Shown here: in pieces, positions 7,821 through 14,700 of the stretch
How positions within the stretch are numbered: the stretch's first letter is position 1
Layout of the letters: each line of letters opens with the position of its first letter
Virus record (IMG/VR): IMGVR_UViG_3300028804_000025
Coordinates: 1-40,933 of that record
Direction: 5' to 3' (one strand)
Origin: a virus
DNA: 40,933 nucleotides
Made by a program: the position numbers and the translations under genes
The notes under the pieces: model-generated
Told to the model about the DNA's origin: nothing
Databases searched by the model: none
The model's input: the letters and a program-made list of their open reading frames with translations, nothing else

Positions 7821-8054
7821 CTACGGCGCCCGCTTAGCTCGAATGTTGTGCGTCAAAATCCGCCATGCAGCCGCCACCACTCCTGGAACTTGCCCATTGC
7901 CAAGGGCTTTAAGTCTGTCCACCCTGTTGGCCACCCCATGAGCCACTCGACCCAAGGCGGGTTCAGTTGCCCATGCGGCATGTGTCGCCCGTCTGCTTTT
8001 TCTTCGCGGGCTACCGCAAAGCTCAAAGAGTCCTGCTTCGCTACTCCGTCCCAT
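7821..8054 (-). CDS. DNA (cytosine-5)-methyltransferase, C-terminal part (same frame; ATG immediately follows the TAA)
   Basis: EPALGRVAHGVANRVDRLKALGNGQVP carries the motif X GN..VP. The frame is continuous with 8594. Confidence 0.7.
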   Translation of the reverse strand: MGRSSEAGLFELCGSPRRKSRRATHAAWATEPALGRVAHGVANRVDRLKALGNGQVPGVVAAAWRILTHNIRAKRAP

Positions 8055-8590
8055 TTAATTGCTGTCTCCATCGTGCAACTCGCATCGCGAGGGCTGTGTG
8101 TTGGTGTTGGCCAAAATCCAGATTCGTTCGCGCTTGTGGTTTGCGCCAATGGCATTCGCTCCCAGCACTCCCCATTCCGCATCGAACCCCATCGCGGCCA
8201 AGTCTCCAAGCACGGTTCCGAGTCCGCGAAGAGTGAGCATTGGGGAGTTTTCCACGAGCACGAAACGGGGTCGTACTTCGCCAATAATCCTTGCCATTTC
8301 CCGCCATAGGCCGGAGCGCTCGCCGGCAAGTCCTGCGCCATTTCCGGCAATCGAAATGTCCTGGCATGGGAAGCCTCCAGAAACCACGTCAACAATTCCG
8401 CGCCAAGGTCTTCCATCAAAGGTCTGCACGTCATCCCACACGGGGAACGGCGAAAGAATTCCATCGTTCTGTCGCTGGCACAGAACAGCAATGGCGTAGG
8501 GCTGCCACTCAACGGCGCACACGGTGCGCCAGCCGAGCAATTTACCGCCGAGTATTCCTCCACCAGCGCCTGCGAAAAGTGCCAACTCAT
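7853..8590 (-). CDS. 245-codon ORF in a second frame overprinting the C5-methyltransferase gene (status uncertain)
   Basis: ATG 8590 lies 8 nt after the same GGAGG. There is no stop for 245 codons. It contains the WPRWGSMRNG, WPTPT and NPPWVEWLMGWPTGWTDL strings. Confidence 0.35.
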   Translation of the reverse strand: MSWHFSQALVEEYSAVNCSAGAPCAPLSGSPTPLLFCASDRTMEFFRRSPCGMTCRPLMEDLGAELLTWFLEASHARTFRLPEMAQDLPASAPAYGGKWQGLLAKYDPVSCSWKTPQCSLFADSEPCLETWPRWGSMRNGECWERMPLAQTTSANESGFWPTPTHSPRDASCTMETAIKWDGVAKQDSLSFAVAREEKADGRHMPHGQLNPPWVEWLMGWPTGWTDLKPLAMGKFQEWWRLHGGF

Positions 8591-8594
8591 TCAT
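8055..8594 (-). CDS. DNA (cytosine-5)-methyltransferase, N-terminal part (motifs I-VIII), ending at in-frame TAA 8057-8055
   Basis: LFAGAGGG (I), GGFPCQDIS (IV), ENSPML (VI), RERIWILA (VIII). GGAGG at 8603-8599. Confidence 0.85.
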   Translation of the reverse strand: MNELALFAGAGGGILGGKLLGWRTVCAVEWQPYAIAVLCQRQNDGILSPFPVWDDVQTFDGRPWRGIVDVVSGGFPCQDISIAGNGAGLAGERSGLWREMARIIGEVRPRFVLVENSPMLTLRGLGTVLGDLAAMGFDAEWGVLGANAIGANHKRERIWILANTNTQPSRCELHDGDSN

Positions 8595-8631
8595 TCTTCC
8601 TCCGTATCACCATTTGACGCACAATGCGTTA

Positions 8632-8660
8632 GCCGCCACCAGCATCGGCCAGTGGCGGGC
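8632..8660 (-). other. GC-rich bulged intergenic hairpin H0
   Basis: GCCGCCAC-N12-GTGGCGG(G)C, between the Acb2-like gene and the methyltransferase gene. Confidence 0.5.
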
Positions 8661-8667
8661 CATAAAC

Positions 8668-8892
8668 TTAAAACGTGGTCGGTTGTGCAACGCCACGGAT
8701 TGCCCACATGAAGCCCTGTTGCAGGTTTGTCTTGCCAAGTGCAACTGCGCGCTTGTCCGTGCTTTCGTTCGCCATCAGCTTGTCGATGTAGGCACCGCAC
8801 TGTTCAGCCAGTGCCTTGCCTTCGTTCATCAGGTCGATTTCCTCTTGAGAGAGGTCGCGGTAGCCTTTAATCTTCTCGTGCTGGTCTTTCAT
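8668..8892 (-). CDS. Acb2-like protein, candidate cyclic-oligonucleotide sponge (74 aa)
   Basis: KGYRDLSQEEIDLMNEGKALAE...DKRAVALGKTNLQQGFMWAIRGVAQPTTF. The size, the Tyr11/Lys26 positions and the C-terminal T.LQQG.MW..R...P..F resemble the Acb2/Vs.4 family (memory only). Confidence 0.55.
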   Translation of the reverse strand: MKDQHEKIKGYRDLSQEEIDLMNEGKALAEQCGAYIDKLMANESTDKRAVALGKTNLQQGFMWAIRGVAQPTTF

Positions 8893-8948
8893 GGTGGTCC
8901 TTTCATGTTGTGCCGCGTTTTCAGCGGGTCGCGGCTAACCCGTCATTC

Positions 8949-8977
8949 CAGCCGACCGCCGCGAGCGGCGTCGGCTG
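8949..8977 (-). other. GC-rich bulged intergenic hairpin H1
   Basis: CAGCCGAC(C)GCCGC-GA-GCGGCGTCGGCTG, directly after the stop at 8981. Confidence 0.5.
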
Positions 8978-8980
8978 AAT

Positions 8981-9223
8981 TCATGCGTTATGCGTCAATT
9001 CCCGCTGAATGCGCTCACGCAGTTCGTGGGGGATTGTCAGATATTGCTCAACATCCCACGCCTTCAGGTCGGCCAGCAGGTCGCGCAGCCGTTCGTTCTC
9101 TCGGTGCAATTCGAGTATGTCGGCCTTGGCGTCGGCAAATGCGAAGGTTCGTGCTACATCGCTTTGTTCGGTCGCCATCGCTTCCGGCTGGCATCCACTC
9201 CATTGCTCAATCGTTCGATTCAT
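8981..9223 (-). CDS. hypothetical coiled-coil protein (80 aa)
   Basis: ATG 9223 is preceded by GGAGG (9233-9237). The upstream extension to 9307 has no RBS. Confidence 0.5.
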   Translation of the reverse strand: MNRTIEQWSGCQPEAMATEQSDVARTFAFADAKADILELHRENERLRDLLADLKAWDVEQYLTIPHELRERIQRELTHNA

Positions 9224-9319
9224 TTGTTCCAGCCTCCATCTTCTGTGTTTCCAGCAAGCGCCGGGCTTGCTCACCTTGTTTTTGCAGCCAATCCACGAGC
9301 AACGCATAACACGTCAGTC

Positions 9320-9350
9320 AACCGGACGTGCCGCAAGCGGCCCGCCGGTT
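9320..9350 (-). other. GC-rich intergenic hairpin H2
   Basis: AACCGG..GCCGC-AA-GCGGC..CCGGTT, after the stop at 9360. Confidence 0.45.
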
Positions 9351-9359
9351 ACTTCGGCG

Positions 9360-9659
9360 TTATGCCTTGCAATACGCCGGCCGCTCAGACGGGCCTTTCC
9401 CTGCCTCCGCAATCACCTGCGGCGTCCACTCAAACTCTGGCCTTGCCATCACCGGCGTCTCGTCTGTGATGCGCAGGCGTGCGATGTCAAACCACTGCGA
9501 TTCACGCAGTTTTCCGTCTGCGTCCGCGCCTGGATTCACCACCGCTTGGATGCAGCCGTACAGGTCAAACCCGACCGTCGCCACCACTCCCTTGAAACCA
9601 GTTACGCGGTCTTCTACCCGCATACCGAGAAAGTCCAAATGCTTTTTCAGGTTCACCAT
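9360..9659 (-). CDS. hypothetical protein (99 aa)
   Basis: ATG 9659 is preceded by AGGAAA. The composition is protein-like (VTGFKGVV..GC.QA.V.P....G...ESQWFD). Confidence 0.6.
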   Translation of the reverse strand: MVNLKKHLDFLGMRVEDRVTGFKGVVATVGFDLYGCIQAVVNPGADADGKLRESQWFDIARLRITDETPVMARPEFEWTPQVIAEAGKGPSERPAYCKA

Positions 9660-9705
9660 TTCTGTTTCCTTTCGTTGTAGTTACGCCAGGCATAACCCGG
9701 CAGTC

Positions 9706-9740
9706 GAGCTGACCTGCGCGAAAAGCCGCGCAGTCAGCTC
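9706..9740 (-). other. GC-rich bulged hairpin H3, overlapping the stop codon at 9739-9741
   Basis: GAGCTGA(C)CTGCGCG-AAAAGC-CGCGCAGTCAGCTC. Confidence 0.5.
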
Positions 9741-10038
9741 ACTTTTGCGTCGCACGCCTCTTTGGCGGCTCTCTATGCATGACATAGTGGTCGGGCACGC
9801 GCACGCGCCAGTACATGGCTGTGACAGCCTGCACTACGGCAATGCCAATCAGCGCAAGTACGGTGGATGGATGCGCAGGCAGCACGCAAGCTGCCACGGC
9901 CAAGATGATGGATATGGTGGCTAGCAGCGCGAAGGCGTGTCGTACAGCTGGCACGGTGTTGTTATCGGTCTTGCGCAGACGGCAAAAACTGGTGAAGGCC
10001 AGATACCCAGCGAGCGCAAATTGGGAAAGTTCAAGCAT
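9739..10038 (-). CDS. small membrane protein with 3 predicted TM segments (99 aa), holin/antiholin-like
   Basis: Three hydrophobic stretches and a basic C-terminal tail (REPPKRRATQK). 8-nt overlap with the upstream gene. Confidence 0.5.
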   Translation of the reverse strand: MLELSQFALAGYLAFTSFCRLRKTDNNTVPAVRHAFALLATISIILAVAACVLPAHPSTVLALIGIAVVQAVTAMYWRVRVPDHYVMHREPPKRRATQK

Positions 10039-10408
10039 CTTGCCCTCCTTTCACGCCCAGCAAGCGGGCTCTGATCGCAGGCCAGGCGAGACCACTGAGC
10101 GTGTCCCACTTCCAGCCGATCAGGTAGGCTGCAATGCCTGTCACAAACTCTATCGGGAGCTGGATGTAGTAGACGACGATGTGTGTAGCGGGCGCTGTAA
10201 ACAGCAGCGCGGTAAACGCAACTCGTAGCAAGAACAGGCCATCGTGCACGATGGTTTGCCCGCTCTTGCGTGCTGACAGCGCTGTGAACGCCCCCAAGAC
10301 GGCCCCAAACAAGACATAAACATATGGCCCAGCCACAGGCCCGGCTAGCATGACAATGAGCCCCAGCAAGCCGACGCTGGGCGCGACAGCGGTTGGCTCG
10401 GTCATCAT
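10031..10408 (-). CDS. membrane protein resembling a class I (lambda S-type) holin (125 aa, tandem Met-Met start)
   Basis: 3-4 hydrophobic segments. The C-terminus YLIGWKWDTLSGLAWPAIRARLLGVKGG parallels lambda S [23 protein letters not shown] (memory). ATGA coupling at 10405-10408. Confidence 0.45.
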   Translation of the reverse strand: MMTEPTAVAPSVGLLGLIVMLAGPVAGPYVYVLFGAVLGAFTALSARKSGQTIVHDGLFLLRVAFTALLFTAPATHIVVYYIQLPIEFVTGIAAYLIGWKWDTLSGLAWPAIRARLLGVKGGQDA

Positions 10409-10704
10409 GCCCCTTTGGTCTTTGTGAGGTTCCATGCGCCAACAATGGGCGGGCGGCCAGCTTCTTTGAGAATCTGGTTTCGGCTGGCATACAGCGCGAT
10501 CTGCTCCCGCGCTGCGCTGACGTGGCTAAAGTAGTACGGCCCGGTACCCGACGCCTCCCATGCTTCGCCAATCGTCCCAGGCCCCACAATATTGGGCTGG
10601 AGCGCTTGCCAGGCCAAAAAACGCTTCTCTTCAGCCGTCAGTGACTTGGGGTTGACGTACCACGCCGGGTGGGCGGCCATGTTGGTTTGGACAAGGGTTT
10701 TCAT
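10405..10704 (-). CDS. hypothetical protein (99 aa)
   Basis: An ORF with tight spacing to both neighbours. Confidence 0.55.
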   Translation of the reverse strand: MKTLVQTNMAAHPAWYVNPKSLTAEEKRFLAWQALQPNIVGPGTIGEAWEASGTGPYYFSHVSAAREQIALYASRNQILKEAGRPPIVGAWNLTKTKGA

Positions 10705-10707
10705 CGA

Positions 10708-11115
10708 TCACACTTTCTTGATGGAATGCCATGGCTCACCTGCGTGGTAGCCACTGACTGAGTGCCAGACGTAAGGGAGGCCAAAGAAGTGCATGACCAT
10801 GCTTTGCCGGTTGTCCAGGATCAAGCCATTGCTTTCCGCCACGCAATGCCATTCCCCCGTCTCGACCTGGCACAGCACATAGCGGCCAGGCAGGCCAGCG
10901 GCGCGCAGATGCCCGACGCACCAGGCGGCAAAGTCGTCGCAATCGCCATGAATCTCGCCCGTTCTGGCTTCGGCCCGCTCCAGCTCAGTCAGGCAGGCCC
11001 AGTACTCTGCCCTGCCAAAGCATTGCTGATCGCTCAGGTAATGGAACTGCACCTTGGCAGCGGCAAAGATGCTGTTAACAGTCGTGGCCACGGGTTCGCG
11101 CCTCTGTGCAGCCAT
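10708..11115 (-). CDS. transglutaminase-like cysteine peptidase (BTLCP/LapG-type) domain protein, leaderless as encoded (135 aa)
   Basis: HGDCDDFAAW (Cys), GEWHCVA (His) and LILDNRQ (Asp), in the order of the BTLCP catalytic triad. Confidence 0.6.
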   Translation of the reverse strand: MAAQRREPVATTVNSIFAAAKVQFHYLSDQQCFGRAEYWACLTELERAEARTGEIHGDCDDFAAWCVGHLRAAGLPGRYVLCQVETGEWHCVAESNGLILDNRQSMVMHFFGLPYVWHSVSGYHAGEPWHSIKKV

Positions 11116-11200
11116 GTGGGGGTGGAACCTCGGGGCCCAACTCAAACTGGGCAGCAGCGCACCCAGCCAGCAGCGCAGCAAATAGCACGGCGCGGATCAT
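11075..11200 (-). CDS. 41-aa lipoprotein ORF (lipobox LLAGC), not in the ORF track
   Basis: MIRAVLFAALLAGCAAAQFELGPEVPPPHGCTEARTRGHDC. ATG 11200 overlaps the upstream stop (ATGA). The ORF overlaps the BTLCP start in another frame. Confidence 0.45.
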   Translation of the reverse strand: MIRAVLFAALLAGCAAAQFELGPEVPPPHGCTEARTRGHDC

Positions 11201-11730
11201 GGCAGCACCTCGGGCATGGGGTCGGCAGGCTGCTCGGCGATGGGCGCCGGGTGACGCAGCGCCAGCAGATCAAGCACCGCCTGCGGCGCGCCATCAATCA
11301 CGGCCTGGGCGGCTGCGCGCTCAGCGGTGTCTGCCTGAATCGCGGGGTTGGGCACCTCCACCTGATTGGCATCCAGGCCAGCCGATTGCATGACGGTGGC
11401 GGGGCCATCAAACGGTGGCCGCGCCAGGCGGGCCTGGGCGGCTTCGTAGGCCATTGCCTGGCTGAGCAAAGCCATATCGGCGCGGGCTTGCCGCCCAGCA
11501 TCAGCAGCGGCTTCGGTCACTGTCTTGACCAGGATGATTTCGCCCATTTCCGACGCTGTTGCTGCGCGCATCTGCGCGATATGGCCCAGCATGATCGTGC
11601 GCAGTTCGTCCTGGCGCTCGACGCTGACAACGCCCGCAACAATGGACCTGACTCGATTGTCAATGTCGGCGTCTGACCACACGTCATTGGCCAGCAGATT
11701 GATGAATCTGGGGATGCTGATGGTGGTCAT
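11197..11730 (-). CDS. hypothetical protein downstream of the tail fibre (177 aa), possible fibre assembly factor
   Basis: The function is suggested by position only. ATG 11730 lies 4 nt after the fibre stop. Confidence 0.55.
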   Translation of the reverse strand: MTTISIPRFINLLANDVWSDADIDNRVRSIVAGVVSVERQDELRTIMLGHIAQMRAATASEMGEIILVKTVTEAAADAGRQARADMALLSQAMAYEAAQARLARPPFDGPATVMQSAGLDANQVEVPNPAIQADTAERAAAQAVIDGAPQAVLDLLALRHPAPIAEQPADPMPEVLP

Positions 11731-11733
11731 GAT

Positions 11734-14700
11734 TTAGGCCCTCACGCACATGACAGAAACCCACACCGTGTTACCCGGTGCAGTACCGAACGTGACCGTT
11801 TCACGGAAACCGTCAGTCGATACCGTGTAGTCCTTGGTTGACCCCTGGCGCTTCAATGTGCCAGCGGAGTACACAGCTTTGACCGTGTAGCCCTGCTGGA
11901 CAGTGAAGGCGGTTTGACTGGTCACGGCATCGAAGTCGAAGAACACGGGCTCCTTGCCCAGCGCTCGCCTTGCCTCCGCTCGTCGTCTGATCTCGTCGCG
12001 CAGCAGGAATGCAGGTTGGTAGAGCTTGCCGGAGCTTGCCCCGCCGACCAGCACAGCGCCCTGCCCTGCGCTGATGGAGGTGACAGCGCCCACGGTTGTG
12101 ACTTCTGAGTCAACGCGCAGCAGATCGCGGAAGCCAGTGCGGCCCCAGCTTGTGCCAGCGTGCCAGGTGTCGGTTTCCTCGTCATAGGTCAAGGCTGTGA
12201 CTGCGTTGGATGACCCGGCCAAGGTGCATTGCGCGCCAGCAGCAAACAGGGGCTTTTCTGTGCGGTAGATATAGGCGATCTGGTCTGCGCTGGGGGCGGT
12301 GGCGCCGATGCGCCAGAGGGCCATTGAGCCAACGAATGGATATGAGGCAGTGTGATTTACTCCCAGGCGCAGCAAGGCCGTGGCGTTAGCCATTGTCAGT
12401 GACGGCGACGCGGCCGATGCGACTTGAATCCCGTTGATATATAGGTAACACGTATTGCCGGAACGGATGACGGCTACCAACGCCCAGGCATTGACAACAA
12501 GAGCGCCCGCACTCAAATTGATCGTCCCGGTCCCATCAGTTACCGCAACATTGACCACACCAGTTGTAGCGGCAACATAGGCATAGATGCGCGAACCTGT
12601 TGCATCACTGTTCTGCCTTCCAAAAAGGTATCCCAATCCAGCCAGAGAACTGGGGTTCACCCACCCCATCACACAGTAGTCACCCGTCCCAAAATCAAGA
12701 TCAGCGCTGTAGGCTTCTTCGAGGTAGTTGCTTGCGCTGAAACCTGAGTAAGCCACCAAGGCAGCACCAGCGGCCACGGAGGTTTTGGTCAGGGTGCCGA
12801 CAACGGTGATGGGCTTAGCTTTGACTGAGCGGTCGGGTTCGGCAAGCTTGCAGCTGATGTTGTCGAATGCGTTGGTCGCGCCAGAATCATTCCTATTACC
12901 TGCAACGATATAAGTCGTCGTCGCAGCAGCCACAAACGAGAATGAATATGCCCCCGAGGCGTTGACGTTAATTGCAGCGCCACCAACAGACGTTGGAACT
13001 GCAACAGAAGTTTCCACACGGGCGTATCCACCACCAAAAACAATGTCTGCGGAGACTCGATAAGTTTTACCAACTATTGTTGGGATTGCCTGGTAAATAA
13101 TCCCGTTTGTTGCCCCATTATTTGTGATGCTGACACTTCCAGCAGACACAGAAACTGTGGGCGAATTTCCTGCGGTCCATCCGCTTGTGTCTGTCGTAAA
13201 CGTACCATTTGTGACAAGCTCACCCGACCCCACCACAGTCTCAGCCACGGTATCAGCCAGCCAGGAGCGCTTGATGTCGCCCACCATCCAGCCGGTGGCG
13301 TAGTCTTTGGTGATGTAGGACACCATGCCTTTGGTGGGCGCTGCGGGGTTATCCCGGAACAGCATCATCCCGACTGGGAAGCTAGCCGCCGCGCCATACC
13401 GCTGCCCCACCGTCTTAACAGTTGGCCCCATGCCGACAATCGTGGCAGGTACTGATTGGGTCGAATACTGTTTGATTGCCGAGAAGGAGGCCGAAAGCGT
13501 TCCTACGGGGGGGTACTCGCAAATATTTCCGCTATCCCACCCAACCGCCCATAGACGCCCTTTGGAATCAATACTCGCGCCGTACATTCGATCTGTCGTA
13601 GCTGCGCTATTCACCACTGACCCATCATGCTTGATCACGGACACGCCGCCACCCGTTGCGACTGCGATGGTGGGCACAGCCAGGCCTGTCAATGGGTCAA
13701 TGGGGGCGTCTGGGAGGACCGTCATCGCAACGGCATTGATCCCTCGATTGACGATGCCTACAGTCGTCCCTGATACGTAGTCACTTACTGAAACATTGCG
13801 ATTTGCAACAGTGCAACGGTTGTATTCGGTAGTTGACGAAATCCTAAGGAAAGTGCTGTCATTGCCAAAGTCGATGTGACCAAGGCCACCGGATGCAGTG
13901 CTGACGCCAACCACAACTTGGCCATTTCCCGCTGCAATGCAGGTGATGGCGGTTACGCCGCCACCTGAATACACAGCCCTGCCGTTCGCTGCGACAAACA
14001 CCATCCACATAGGGCAACCAGGAGCACTTGCGTCATAGATCGCCACACGGGCCGACTCCGCAACGATCAAGGCCAGGGCGGGGAATTCGCGGGCGTTGCC
14101 CCGGAACACCTCGGCAACAGTGGGGCTTGACGCACCCAGCGTGTAAAACTTTTTGTCTGTGGTGTTCTGGAAGTAATCACCCGCAACGGCACCAGCGGTA
14201 GCCCAGGCAGCGGCTGCGGTGGCTTTCTGGCCCAGCCATTTGCCTGTCTGGATGGTCTCTGTGTACCAGGATTTATCGGTGCACCGCTTGCGCCATTGCC
14301 CACCGTCAGAGTCTTTGTTCGTGTCGTAAAGAAACGAGGCAACCACGGCACCGCTGTGCACGCTCTGACTGATCGCAGCCAGGGATTCAGCAGGGGCTGT
14401 GGCGCTGCCCCAGGCGGCAATGGCGGCATCGCTGGCGGCTACGGCTGATGCACTGGCCGTGGTAGCAGTGCTGGCGCTTGAGGCGGCAGCAGCGGCATTG
14501 GTGGCTGTGGCTGCGACATTGCCTGCTGCACCTGTTGCGCTGTTTGCTGCGCTGGTGGCACTGGTAGCGGCGTTTGAAGCTTGTGCGGTGGCCGTTGATG
14601 CACTGGTGGCAGCGCCGGTGGCTTGCGTAGTGGCCGTGGCCGCGCTGGTGCTGGCCGATGTGGCTGAGCTTGCGGCGGCGGTGGCGCTGCTGGCGGCATT

